The position numbers and the translations under genes were made by a program. Positions 25,009-38,124 of a stretch of 64,000 nt of DNA are shown one piece after another; the first letter of the stretch is position 1, and each line of letters opens with the position of its first letter. The DNA is from Mobula hypostoma (Eukaryota): contig NC_086097.1 of assembly GCF_963921235.1 (NCBI RefSeq), positions 126,668,001 through 126,732,000 on the forward strand, read 5' to 3'. Below the pieces are notes generated by a model. It worked only from the letters and a program-made list of their open reading frames with translations. It was not told the DNA's origin and made no database searches.

Positions 25009-26654
25009 GTGAGAATGAAATTATACTAGAATGTAAAATCTTAACTTAAAAACTGCAAATTTTCTATGCATAAGAGTACCTGTATTGCTTCCGATTAATT
25101 TTACGAAATAATATGTTAGGGAGAGGAAATTCGTTTCATTTAAGTTGGTTTTTAGCTTTGTGTATTAATGAATCAACAATCCAGTAGGAAGCAAAAAGGC
25201 ATCCAAGCTTCTTCTGAATAAAGCTTTTGTCTTCATTAGCATTTTGTCAATAAGTCAGATGGATATGGTTTTTATTATCACTTAAGTATTGTTCTAAGTA
25301 AAGGAGTCAGAAAATTCAATTGTGGTCAAGAAGAGAATAAAGCAATGCTTATTTGGGTCTGAAATACTGAACTATTTTCTGAATCAGGACGTTGGCAAAC
25401 TTGCATTGAGTCTTCAGCAATCTCCTCACTGTTTGCACAGGACTTTTTCCCCCAAATTTATGGCTACGTAATAAAGTATCATGTTTTTGCCATGTGATAG
25501 ATCAGGTTCAGAGAAGACGTGAAACAATTGTGAATGTCATCTTCTGTTGTGGTGTTAGCTGAGGAGAGTGTTTTGGAATATTTGACGGCAATAGAATACC
25601 AAGTCTTTGTCCCTTTATTTTAGGTGATAGGCAAATTGGATTTCTTTCAGCTATATGCATACTTTTTTATAAACTTTATATTCTTACTGCACAGTATTTA
25701 GTGATGCTTTGAAAATCTGTCACTTCAGCTGCTTTAATTAACAAACCATTTCACCCCTTGTACTGTAACCCATCTTAAACTGGATGAAGTTGCCAACCTC
25801 CATAGAGGGCAATATGAAGTGACTTCTGTTTGGTCTGTGTGAATAGACAGTTCCTATGTACTGGCCTCCTGAGCAGAAGCTATTGCTAACAGCACATGAG
25901 CTTACTGTCTCGGAGGGAATCAGAAATGCCAGACTGGTACTGAACAAGTACACATTCAATGTTGGGTATAGGAAGGGTGAATGGAGGGGCTGTTCCATTG
26001 CAGATGGTTTGTCTCTCTCTAATAGATCATCCTGAAGCCGTAATGATTTGAAATTGAAGTTTAGAAGTGTTGGTGGATTTTTAAAAATCCAATCAAATAT
26101 TTTAAGAGATTAACAAATTTATGGATTGCATGTAAACGATTGTTATCTAAGGCAATATGTTCTGTTTCAAATCTTGTGGACTGAAATCAAAGGTAACTGG
26201 AGTGCAGTATAGGGTTTGCTTAGGAGTATCGACCATTTGGAAGATTTTCCACACCGTACAATGGACAGTTATGTGAAATAGGAAGAGGCTCTATGAAACT
26301 ACGCTAACAATTCTTTGGCTGATGAGGAGAAATTCACCAAAATAAATTCATCCTGTTGAAAGTCAATAAAATACAGATGTTGGAAATCTAGATACTGTTT
26401 ACTCTTAAGTTTCATGAGAGCAAGGAATTTCATTTGAACTATAGTGTGTATGACAGTGAGCTAATTTGAAATTAAAACAGAAATTTCTGGAAATATTCTG
26501 CAGACGTGGCAGCACCCGTGGATGGATAAACAGATTTAGATTTTCAAGCTGACAGTCTACCATCACTGCTGCTATTTCTCCACCACTGCTACTTGAACTG
26601 CTTGTCGTTTCCAGAACTTTACGATTTAAGTTCACACTGTATTCTTCAACAAGT

Positions 26655-27530
26655 TAGCAAATTGTTTATTATTGTCGCGTGTGCTAGTGTATAGTGAAGA
26701 ACTTTGTTTTGCCTGCTATCCGCACAGAGCGTTTCCTATCAGTATATTGACATGATGTAAGGGGAGGGCAAAAACAGACTGCAGAGTGTAGTGTTCGTGG
26801 CTGTAGAAAAAGTATAGTGCAGGCGCATCCATGATGAGATGGATTGAGGCCGAGAGTCCATCTTATCGTACAAGGGTCGTGGTCGATGATCATATAACAG
26901 GACAGAAGCTGCCCTTCGGCCTGGTGACACTTTCAGGCTTTGGGGGCCTGGGGGGGGGGGGGTTGGTTTTTGTTTCTGTGCCGGTCAGTGGGGATGTACT
27001 GAGTTTAGTCACTTGAGGTAGAGGCACTGGTGTGCTTTTTTGGCTATAGTGTCCACGTGGTTGGACTAGAACAGGCTTGGTGATGTTCCCTCATAGCAAC
27101 CTGAAGCTTTCCACAGTCGTGACCTCAGTGCTGTTAATGTTTACAGGAGCATGTGGGCTGCCACACTTGCTGAAGTCAGTGACTTAGTCTTTTTGATTTG
27201 CTGATGTTTGGGGGAATGTTGTAATACCATGACACTAGGCTCTCTATCTTCTTCCTGTACTCTAAATCATTGTTATTTAAGGTATAGCCCACTATGGTGG
27301 GGGTCTTAAAACTTGCAAGTGGAGTAGAGCAGCATCTAGCCACCTAGTCATGAATGTACAGGGGATAAGGTAAAAGGACTGAGGACACAACCTTGTAGTG
27401 ATTTGAGATGATTGTGGGTGGAGGTGTTGCTGCTTGTTCTCGTTGATTATAGACTGGGCCAGTAAGTCAAGGGTCCAGCTGCAATTGGAGATGTTGAGTC
27501 AAATGTCTAAGGAGGTGAGTTTCCTTGCAA
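26655..27530 (-). mobile_element. Degenerate Rex1-type LINE fragment
   Basis: tttattattgtc tail, gacagaagctg, aacctgaagctttccac; collinear with the 10175-11232 copy. Confidence 0.65.
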
Positions 27531-27700
27531 TACCATTGGGCATTGGTATCTGAAAATTGTATACAAATCAACTTGCATGAGCAGTGCTTACTTTGAAGTC
27601 ACTTGAAATGTATCTTGTGTTCTGGAAACTGTTGTAAAATCGGAAATGCTGTAAAATTTTATTCAATTCTTTTTTTTTCCCTTGAATTTCTCCTTGACAG

Positions 27701-27873
27701 CTTTTGCAAGATCAGTTGAATACAATTGACGATGACTTTATCAGCCTTCAGGATAAATGGTATCGATCACCGAATGCATCAAGCAATCAGAAAGCATATT
27801 TTGAAACAGAATTTAGCCGAATAAGCCAAAGATTGAAGAATGGCAGTGACTTTTCCTCGGCCTATTTAGAGAG
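27701..27873 (+). CDS. DSP: DSP exon 16 equivalent (173 nt)
   Basis: tccttgacag|CTT TTG CAA...TTA GAG AG|gtgaga; LLQDQLNTIDDDFISLQDKW...SSAYLER; phases fit both neighbours. Confidence 0.9.
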
Positions 27874-28669
27874 GTGAGAGGAAGTTTATAGATAAAAATA
27901 AAATTTGAAATTGCAGAGGATATAATGTGTGTATCTGTATACATTGCAGTGTTGTAAAAAATATCTGAAATTTATTAACATAATTGTGATGAATGTTGAT
28001 GTTAAATAATGCATTTATTTTGTTTCAATTCATTGCAGCTTTTCCTAACTTACATCAGATTTTTGTAGTTTCCCTGCGGTTGCTTGCTTGTAATGCTTCC
28101 TTAGAGTTCTTAAGGGTTTTCCCTTAAAGGGCGAGCACATTTAAACAGCTGTTTATCACAATTGCGCTCTACTCTTCCTGTGAGAAACACCCAGGGAACC
28201 TTGATTTGTTTATGTTGATATTAAGTGGCTAGAAAGTAATTCTGTCATGTGTGGTACTTTACCACAGATGGAAAACAAAATTGTGTGTGTGTATATATGT
28301 ATAGAATAAATTAGAGACAACGTTATCATTGTCAAGATGATGCTGAAGTAGTCCACTTTCAATAGAAGTTTTGTTTCTAACTGAAGATTAACTTAAAAGG
28401 CACTTAATGTTGAGTGAAACAGCTTTCGAAGAGCTTTTAATGTGTCACTTGATGTAATACTGTCTGCTGAGCAGTGTGCCAGTTTGCTGATATTTGTACT
28501 TCAGTTTCAAATCTTTCCTTCCTAGTTTTTCATTCCACAAATTTTCTTACAGCATGTAACATGTCAAGCTATACATTCTGTCTGTCACAGTGGAATAGGA
28601 ATTGTGTTCAAGAAACCTGAGATGCTGCACAGTTTCTGTCACCCTTTCTAGAGATGAGATTTCCTTTGA

Positions 28670-29390
28670 CACAGTAAAGTTCAGAGGGATTTAGTTGCTC
28701 TAGTGCATGAATCTCAAAATGCTAGCAGGCAGCTTCGGAAAATAGTTAAGGCAAATTACATTTTGACCTTCATAGAGAAGGTGTGGAATTTAAGAATATG
28801 GGGATTTTTATTACAGTTGTACAGGGTGTTCATGAGGCCACACTGGAATACTGCACACAATCTTTGTCCTCTAAACGTTTTTTTGGGAAAAAAAAATGGG
28901 ATAAGATCGCATTAAAAGATATTCAAAGGAGATTTACCAGAGAGCCTTGTCCTGTCAAGAGAGGCTAAACAGACTGAATCTGTATTGCTTAGAGTTTAGA
29001 AGAATGAAGGGTGATTTTATTCAAAAAAAAATTAAGATCCTAATGCATCTTGAAAAGTAGATATTGAGATGTTTTCACTAGTGAGAGTAACAAACAAGGG
29101 GACAATGCTTCAAGGTAAGAGCCGGGCCATTTACAACTGAGTGCACAGAAGTTTCTTCTCTGTGTGGTAAATCTTTGGAATCCTTAGTCCCAGAAGGTGG
29201 TGGAGCCCAGATCATCTTGAAAGGTAGAAGTGGATGAATGTATGAAAGATCAAGGAATTTAAGGTCTGTGGAAAAGTGGCATGCAAAAGGAGTTGAGGCA
29301 ATTATAGATCAACTGTAATTAGATTAATGGCAGGACAGGCTTTGAGGGGTTCTGGTGGCCTACGCCTGCACCTATTTTCTTGTGTCTTAG
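28670..29390 (+). mobile_element. CR1 LINE 3' fragment, degenerate
   Basis: Remnants KANYILTFI, LLQLYRVFMRPH, LEYC and IQRRFTR. Confidence 0.8.
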
Positions 29391-30315
29391 TTATTTAAAG
29401 ATTCAGCTGAAAATAACGATACTCTCGTTGACACTAAAATTTGCAATTTCTAATTGGCTTCCTCCAAGTGATGATCCAGATTTTAAACTTGCATTGAATA
29501 TGATGCCCTCACTCGTCTTACCTTCTCTTGCCCCTGTAAGTATTCACTTAATGTAAAATAAAAAGTTCCTCTTCACAGACTGACTTATGTGCCCTGGGGA
29601 CAAAAAGATCAGGATACTAAAATTCAACAAAACCGGTAGCAGAAATTGTGTGTAATACGTTAATGCAATCCAGCAGATTGTGTTATGACTGAAAGGACCA
29701 GGTTGGAGTGTTGTTGGTGGAATCACCCCCCTCCCTCTACACTCTGTGTGGTGTAATATCTGCACACTTGGACTGAAGTTGTAGATACGCTGAATATCAG
29801 ACACCAGGGCTCTGATCTCCTTCTCTACCACTGGGCTCGCTATAGAATCCAGCAGTGGGTTTGGAAAGTATTGGGCTGGATGATGCATTCATCCCCTCTG
29901 CTTTACACCAGGCTGAAAGTTCATTCACCATCTGGTTAGTCTCGTGTTTGCACCCTCTATACATTTGAGCACCTCCAAAACTTTGCTTCCTAACATAAAA
30001 ATGGAAATTTGAAGTGGAAGAAAGTAGCTGAAATTTTCAGAAACTTTTTGGGTGATTTGTGGAAATCCAGTGGGTAGGGTTTACAGTAAGCAGTGAACTT
30101 ATGCATGCAGTCCCATTGTGAGGACATAGGGTTAAAATTGGAGCAATTTAATCCATTATAGTTGTGTAAAAGTTATATTCTCATGGCTTCATTTCAACTT
30201 GAGCAAAAGGAATGGTTTTGACAATCAATCAGTAGTGATGTTGCCCTTGTTCTAAAATTTTGTGCAATCAGATATTTTTGCATTAAGATATCAATTAAAT
30301 TTATTTTTTCTTTAG

Positions 30316-30454
30316 AATGAAAGCATTGAGGTTACTCTTCCAAAATATTCTCGAAGTGGAAGATCTGATAAAAGTTTATGAAGCAAGACTAACAGAAGAG
30401 GAGACTGTCCCAATGAGTTTGGAGAAAATCGAATCCTACAGAGACAATCTGAGG
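30316..30454 (+). CDS. DSP: DSP exon 17 equivalent (139 nt)
   Basis: tctttag|A ATG AAA GCA...CTG AGG|gtaaac; VEDLIKVYEARLTEEETV. Confidence 0.97.
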
Positions 30455-31421
30455 GTAAACAGAACTGATGGTATTACTTGCAGATCTTTTTGGGAGCAAT
30501 TAATAGTTTATTTTGGGTAGTTGATAATTTGGCAGGGCAGGTTCTCCAGCCATTTCACATTGAAATTTGTTGATTTCTGCTGGAGGTGTGCAAACTTCTC
30601 TGCCAGGATGTATCCAGATAATCGTAAGTTTACGCTTTTTCTGACTCTTTCAAAAGCTTATTTAGATAAAGTCTGCGTCTACAGAACAAAATGATTCCCC
30701 TTTGTGTGCAAGTGATGTTTGATCTCTTGCAATGATGAATGTAGAATTTCTAAACTTTGAAAAGTGATATAGAAGGGATCAAAAAGTAATAATTATTTCT
30801 GGCGATCTCATTTTGAGATTTGTTTCCTGAAAATATAATAGTTCCATTTACCCACTTTTAAAAGCCAGTTCAAGTGCTGGTTTCTAGTTGGATCTTCGTG
30901 CACTTTGTCAGAAAAGTGCTTTGCTTGTGAATAGCTTGATTGTGGTTATGGCCAAGTTTGATCTACCCATTCGCTTCCAATAGCCATCTGTACATTAAAC
31001 CTAGCCAACATATTGGTTGTGGTTCTTTGGTTTGCAATTCAAGTAACATTAGTGTTTTTCTATTAACTGAGCAAGTTAATAAATTCTCTATTTAACCCTG
31101 GATAAACAACCCCCATAAAGGCAAGCTCTTACAGCTGCTGTGGGCCTGTTTCAAAAAATAACATCAGCTGCACCTGATTTCCGCCCCTTTTTTCACTCAA
31201 AAAAGAGTACACTTTAAGATGTCAGTTCACATGAGATTTCTGGAAAATGAGAATGCATAGAGTGGGACACTTCCTGCACACCATGTCTTCTCTGTCCCCC
31301 CCCCCCCGCCCATCTCCTCATAGTTAAGTGGAGTTTGATGTGCCTCTGTCAACACACGTGCCACGAGCTAAACTCCATAACCTGCAAGTGCTTCAGCTTT
31401 TGTTTTGCTCCTTCCTCTTAG

Positions 31422-31615
31422 AAAATGAAAATGGAAGTGGATCAGAAGAAGAATTTGTTGACGTTGATGCAGCAGAATATGCAGGAATCGTTCCACATCA
31501 ATGACGACATAATGCCATCTTTCTACAAGTGTGATATAGATCTTACAAAGTACAATGAGAAAGTAACGCAGCTGTCAGACAGGTGGCAGAGGATCTACAA
31601 AGAAATTGATAGCAG
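31422..31615 (+). CDS. DSP: DSP exon 18 equivalent (194 nt)
   Basis: cctcttag|AAA ATG AAA...AGC AG|gtgtgg; DLTKYNEKVTQLSDRWQRIYKEIDSR. Confidence 0.96.
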
Positions 31616-33058
31616 GTGTGGGTTTTGCCTTGCCTTTCAAAGGGTTAACAGCTCAGCTGAGTCAGACAACTGAACTCAGTATGTGGTGCTGTAACTGTGG
31701 CTTTGATTGTAGCTGGAAAATCTCAGGCTTTGAGATTTGAATCCGAGTGGTGGTGTAGAAAGCAAACAAACCATGTGTAACTGGTGGCATAAAGCAGAGC
31801 AGATGCCGGAATCTGGAGCAACACACAAACTGCTGGAGGAACTTAGTGGGTTAAGCAGGACGAACAGAAATTGTTGATGTGTCGGATTGAGGCCCTGCGT
31901 CAATACTTGACAATCCATTGATCCTGCATGACCTGCTGAGTTCCACCATCAGAGTGTTTGTCACACTTGCAACTGAATTAATGTATGCAGGTTTGCTAAA
32001 GCCATGTTGGGCTTGGTAGATCTGACCAAGATCCTGGACTTCTGTGCATTTCTCTGGGGGTGATCTGTAATCTGAAGGAAGGCCACAATCTCGGACACTG
32101 TCCTCTGTCACTGATCTATTTAGTTTTGACTAGTCCAGGTCTGATCATGCTCATGTGAATGGCCTTTGATAGCTCCTTTTGTTCTGTGTTGTTGACTAGA
32201 AGCTTGAGACCATCATCTCATAGAAGTTTGTGAATAAGAATTTTAAAAAAACGCTGCAGTGGAGGAAACCTTTTTTAAAAAAAACAGTTGAAAGTATGTA
32301 TTAATTTCTGTTGGTCACTTGTTCTAAGTAGAAAAGCACTGTAGCAGCATTTCTTTGTAGTCACATGAGAAGAATCCAGAACTGAAAAACAGAAATAAAA
32401 TTCTGCATTGGAAACACTCAACAGACTAGGCAGCGTGATTTGGAAAGAGAAGTGCTTAGTGTTTCAGCTTGAAGACGAGGAAAGAGACGAAGTAAGTTAG
32501 TATGAAGTTGTAGATAAGGTAAAACAAAGGTCATTCCGTGCTACTGGAGAAAGAGCACTCAGCCGATAGCACAGATGAATGTCCTCCAGCAGAAATGCCA
32601 AGTTCTGATATAGACTGAGAAAGTGAGTTATCTGAAGTTTGAAAATTCAGAACTGAATCCAGAAGGTTGCAATATTTGTGTTCAAATAAAATTCTGGATC
32701 CCAGTTGGCTTGAAACTACACAGTGGAGGGTGTTAAAGTGCCTAGCTCATTAGTGTGTGCTACGGGTTGTATCTTGGGTAATTCCAGATAATAGCACTGA
32801 TCACTCAAGTACTTAACGGAGAGTAGAATGTGGAAAGCAAATACATCAGACTCTCCATCATAAAGCTGACTGTCCTTTAAGTAACTTCTCTTGTGTTTGG
32901 ATTTCTGATAACTGTTTCCTTCTAAAGACCAAACATTTCTATAAGTTAGAAATTTTCTTGGGCTAGCAATTGGCTAATAGTTTGCCAAAGAAACGACGTC
33001 ATATGAACCGTTGCTGTTCTCAAGTATTTAAACATTTGTGTTTTATTTACATCCCCAG

Positions 33059-33221
33059 GTATTCTGATTTAGACAAAGAACGTAAACAGCTCAGAGACTA
33101 TGGAGATTTGTTCCAGAAGCTTAGTAAGTGGATTGATGTAACAAAACGCAAACAGGATGGGTTGCAAATCAACAGATGTGAGGATACAAATGTCCTTGTA
33201 CAGCAGCTAAATGAACAAAAG
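33059..33221 (+). CDS. DSP: DSP exon 19 equivalent (163 nt)
   Basis: atccccag|G TAT TCT GAT...CAA AAG|gttggt; DLDKERKQLRDY...LNEQK. Confidence 0.96.
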
Positions 33222-33668
33222 GTTGGTATTTTTGTGGTATTCAAAGCATTTACATGTAACCATTACACATCAGCTATAACAAATTTTCATTGGAGTTAAA
33301 TCAAAGTAGTTCAGACAAGCAAAACGTGCAGTTTAAGATTGCATGATTTGATCCCATATAAAACGCAGATAATAATTCTAATTAGCTGCCACAGTAACCC
33401 TGTGACATATAGATTTTTCTCCCCTGTCTGAGAGGTGTGCTGGCATTTAGATTCACAAATTGTCCTGGTGTAAATGGGCAGTGGGAGCATTAGGATGTTA
33501 CTTTATGGGCTTGTGAGAGAATAGTTGGGAGGTCAATAAGTAAGGAATGGGATAGATGAATATTGCCATGGACTTGATGGGCTAAGGGAAATATGAGAGA
33601 TGAGAAGTGATGCACATTTCCATTTTAAAAAAAAAAGTAAAAACTAATTATTTTTTGTCTGTGATCTC

Positions 33669-34345
33669 TCTTTTTAAATCTTTTTATTAATTATTATTGA
33701 AAATCAACAACAGAGGGAAAAGTACATCAAAATAATCAAGACAACGTATCCATGTGTAGAATAAGAGTTAAGCTATCAACCAGGCTGAACAGTATATCAA
33801 TAATAATCAAAAAACAAAGTGTTAAAGCTTTTTTTATATGGGAAAGGAAAGAAAGAAAAAAAGAACCCCTACTAACTAAAACAGAGAAAACCCCTAATAA
33901 CTTTTTAAAAAAAAAAAGGGGGGGGAAAAAACCCCATTTGGAGCACAAACCCGGAGCTATGCGCCATACAAGCTTCCATTTTAAAAAAAAGATATTAAAC
34001 CGCCAACGAAGTCCATATACCCAAGCATCAGAAAAGGACTATCTTTATTAACTCAAGTCAAATGATAATAACGGGCAAAAGAACCCCACCTTTTCTCGAA
34101 GTCAAATCTGGGATTAAAAGTTCGACTTCTAATTTTTTCCAAACTAAGACATAACATCACCTGAGAGAACCATTGTATCAAAGTGGGAGCAGAGGCATCT
34201 TTCCATTTTAATAAAATAGCCCTTCTAGCCAATAATGTGACAAATGCAATTACGTATTGGTCAGTTTTAGAAATACTGTGAATATGAAGAGGAATTATAC
34301 CAAACAAAACTGTCAATTTATTAGGTTGTAAATTGATTTTTAAAC
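33669..34345 (-). mobile_element. L1/Tx1-type LINE 3' end
   Basis: ORF LFGIIP...IAFVTLLARRAILLKWKDASAPT...LSLEKIR...W; 3' end aataaaaagatttaaaaa on the minus strand; homologous to 62362-62983. Confidence 0.85.
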
Positions 34346-35151
34346 TATTTCATTTAACTTCGTTATTAGGAGCTCCTTTATCCTATGATTAATCAATCAT
34401 TATGAATTTGGTACCAGTTTCGTAAGTTTTTTAATCTTAAAAAATTTAACCTTTTTAGTTTAATTTATCGAAACTATTTATTTAAACCTTCACTTAGTGA
34501 TCCTACCTTTTCTCTTTGGAGGAATAAAGGAACTTTTTCCTTTATGGACTTGTTTCAAGAAGATTGAGTGATTGATCTCTCAATGCACAGGATAAATAGC
34601 TTAAATGCTCATTTTATAAACGGAGCCTGAGGCCAGTGTATTGGAAACACAACCAAGGTCGGGGAAATGAACATTTGAAATTCAGTTTCATCAATGGTTC
34701 TTTATCTACAGGAAGGAAAGTGGAATTTGAGTATTGGTCTGAATTTTGGGATTGTGGCCAAAGAGCTTAGATGGCTATTTATTGTGCTGATTTCTGCTAA
34801 CTTTTAGAAAGCCCCTGAGTGGTTACCCTGTACCATTGTCCATCTAATCCAGCATGGCATTCTTTCCCAGAGCTTGTGATGTGTCGGCAAGGCAATTCTT
34901 AGCTTGGCTTCCCAACACAAAAGATGAGTCTGTCCATTGGGATGTGCCTTACCTAAACCAGAGGGTAAATGCTGTATTAAATGGAAACCAGGAGAGAGCA
35001 GGGAGAGAAAAATGATGTGCTGAAGAGATAGAACAAAGCACTTTTTTTTAAAAAATAAAAGTGGTTTTGAACCAAGTTAGGCAGACAATTGCTTCTGGGC
35101 TATTCCACTGACTGTCAGCTGTTCAGGACTCCACGTGCCTTACACTTTTTG

Positions 35152-35450
35152 TGTGGCACAATGGTACGACAATCAGCGCTGCTTCTGCAGAGCTCTAACA
35201 ACACAGGTTCAATCCTGACCTCAGGTTCTGTATTTGGAGCTTAACATTCTCCCTCTGATCACATGAATATCCTCTGGGTGTTCTGGCATTTTCTTGCATT
35301 GAAGGGACATGTTGATTGGCCATTGTAAATGACCCCTTCTGCAGATTGGTGACAGAAAAGCCACTAGGAAATTAATGGGAATGTGAGAAATTATATTGTA
35401 GGTTGCAGGGCAATGGGACTCGTGGGAGTGCTCTGGGTTTAGACTTGCAT
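35152..35450 (+). mobile_element. V-SINE/HE1-like SINE
   Basis: tRNA-like A/B boxes (gtggcacaatggta..., ggttcaatcctgacctc) and a conserved central domain; related copies at about 36570-36745 and 48285-48560. Confidence 0.65.
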
Positions 35451-37366
35451 GGATGATATTCAGCCCATTGTTATATTGTAAGAAAATATGACAGGTATAA
35501 GTCCGAAGTGAGCTGGAAGTTGGATGCAGTTGTATCTGACTACCCACTCTATTACGGAACTTGCCACTAAGACCAGCACTGAAGAAATGGAAAGATGCAC
35601 TTGGCACTTGGCCCCTCAGCTTAATGGAGTTACTGGTATTGGAGGAAGGTAAGTGCTAGAATTTGTCTCTTTTTTTGGTTTTTTCAGTTTTTTATTAATA
35701 TTTTTTGAAATTTGTTGGGTTTGTAAAATTATTTAAATTTGATAAGGTCTGTAATGTCTTTTCAAACATTTTAGAATGGCTTTTAAATCCTTTAACAGCT
35801 TTGAACTGTGCAAGACTGGGTGTTCCTGGGAGGAACACATAAGACTTCAAGTTACTCTATCAGAAACTTAGTAACTCCTCGGAGCCTGCTCCAACACACT
35901 GGGTGCCCATTAGTGCAAAGGGACAGTTAGCCCAGGAAAGGTAAATGCAAGTGGGCAAGTCCCACAGATGTTGTGTCCGGGCAGTGAGGCTGGCGCTACC
36001 ATTCAGCTCTGTTTGCCAATTAAATTTGATGAAATGAGACTTCACACTTGCTAATCTTGCAATGTCAGTGATGATCCTGAGGCAACCAGGGGCATCTTCT
36101 GGAATCCCCTCAATTTGAGAAGGCCAATGATGTTTCCTACTCTCTCATTTGAGAGGTGGCAAATATGGGATGAAACGTTCTACTACTTTAAGGAGGACTT
36201 TCTTTGGGCATAACAATGTAATGACCTGAAGTATTGTCTGAGGAAAAGCAGAAAAAGGTTTGCTCCTATTTGTGGCTTAGCTGGTAGATCTAACATTGAA
36301 CTCCTATGTGGAAGATTACCCAAATAAGACCAGTTCATAAGTTTAAGCTCTAAACTTTCAAGTGAAAATGGTTTTTCATCACATGCTCTGAGGTGGCAGA
36401 ACTGGGATCTACCTGATAGCAGACGTGGAACTGGTGGGAATTCCTCTAGCTCGTAACAGTTTTGCTTTCCCTACCTGTGTCTGTTGTGACGAGTACACGA
36501 AACTGCCAATCACGTACTCGGCCTTGACCACTTGCATTGGAAATGTGGACAATGGCAGTGCCATAAGCAAGCTTCCTCCGGGTGCTCCTTTTTCTTCCCA
36601 CAGTCCAAAGATGTACTGGTTAGTAGGTTAATTGGTCATTGTGAATTGCCCTGTGATTAGGCTAGTGTTAAATATAGGTAGGTTTCTGGACGGCATGGTT
36701 TGTTGTGCAGGGAAGGCCTGTTCTGTGCTGTATTTCTAAATAAATTAAATCCAGTAGGGGCCCGATTCTGTTGGGGAAATACTGGCAGTTCTCTACATTT
36801 AAATGTTTTAGTGCCATCGTGTTTAGGATTCCAGCACACATAATGACATCCTAACCTTGCTGACCATGTTTAAGTGACCATTGCACAACAGCAGTCCAAT
36901 GTGAAACTTGTGTGCAGCAGTAGTGTATGAACCTGTGGGGCTTCCTCAGTTCTCGGCCTGCGGAATCTGTTCTGACACAACGCCACTTTGGAGCTGAAGG
37001 CAAGTGTTTGGTAGCCTACATTTTACTTTGGAGGATTAATCAAATGAATTAACATTTGAAAAGTGCACTTTAGTACTTTTATGATTGTGTTTTTTTTTTA
37101 AAAAGCCAGGCAAGCTTATTCAGAGGTCAGAACATTTTTCAGTTGTTCTGTCATTAAGACTGCTTTGGCTCTTGTAACAGCATCACATTGTGTTTGACCC
37201 GCTAGCAGGAGATTAACCTCAGGAAAGTTTGGCGCCATTCCCACTAACTGACAAAATTGTGTTTTTTTTTCCCTTTGGTTACTTCTTCCTTTGATACATT
37301 GAGATCGAATGATACCTGTTGAAAAGAACTTCTTCCTGTTAACATTTTTGCTTTATTGTTGATTAG

Positions 37367-37450
37367 AACTTGCACTCAGAAATAAAGAATAAACGAAGTG
37401 ATGTTGAAGAGTACCAAAAACATGCAGACCACTGTGCAACATCTGTAAAG
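37367..37450 (+). CDS. DSP: DSP exon 20 equivalent (84 nt)
   Basis: gattag|AAC TTG CAC TCA GAA ATA...GTA AAG|gtagga; NLHSEIKNKRSDVEEYQKHADHCATSVK. Confidence 0.95.
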
Positions 37451-37541
37451 GTAGGAAACTTTTGTCGCCCAAGAAGCGAGTATTGCTGCTTATTCACAAT
37501 ATCATGAAATGAGTGATTTACACAAACTTGTTATTGAACAG

Positions 37542-37649
37542 GATTATGAGCTACAATTAGCATCATATAGCGCTGGCCTGGAAACACTGCTGAATATTCC
37601 AGTCAAGAGACAAGTGGCACAGTCAATTTCCACTACAATTCTTCATGAG
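37542..37649 (+). CDS. DSP: DSP exon 21 equivalent (108 nt)
   Basis: gaacag|GAT TAT GAG...CAT GAG|gtatgt; DYELQLASYSAGLETLLNIPVKR. Confidence 0.97.
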
Positions 37650-38004
37650 GTATGTAAAACATTGTGTGTTTTTGCTACAGCAACCATACTTTGCAATCTA
37701 TTCACCAATTACAAGTTTAATTCAAAAAGAAAGCAGCTTGCTAAATAGGTAATTGAAGACTTAGACAATAAATTCTAAAGTGAACTGTTTCCAAAATAGT
37801 ATTGGCCAGAAGTGGCTTATTTAAATCTTATCATTGTATTCAGGAGTGGTAACAATAGGTTTAGAGGCCTTTCTGCCCTTTGAATTCATACTGATTCACA
37901 ATCTGACAGCTGAGGAATTGACTGGATGCAAACTTTGTTCACGTGGCTGTGTTGCTTGGTGGAACATTGTCAAGGGATAATATACAAGATGCATAATTAC
38001 TGTA

Positions 38005-38110
38005 ATTAACATGCAGAATGCTGGACAAACTCATTGTGTCAGGCAGTGTCTATGGAAGAAAATGAACAATTGATGTTTCGGGTTGAGATCCTTCATGACT
38101 GGAAGGGGAC
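38005..38110 (-). mobile_element. Penelope-like 3' end with a decayed hammerhead motif
   Basis: Reverse complement reads cagtc-ATGA-aggatctcaaccc-GAAAC-ATC...ttccatagacactgcct. Confidence 0.65.
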
Positions 38111-38124
38111 AGAAGATGGAATTA

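Noticed and set aside
35152..35230. tRNA gene suggested by A/B-box-like sequence (also near 22320-22392 and 48285-48340)
   Set aside because: No complete cloverleaf is apparent, and the sequence continues into a SINE body.
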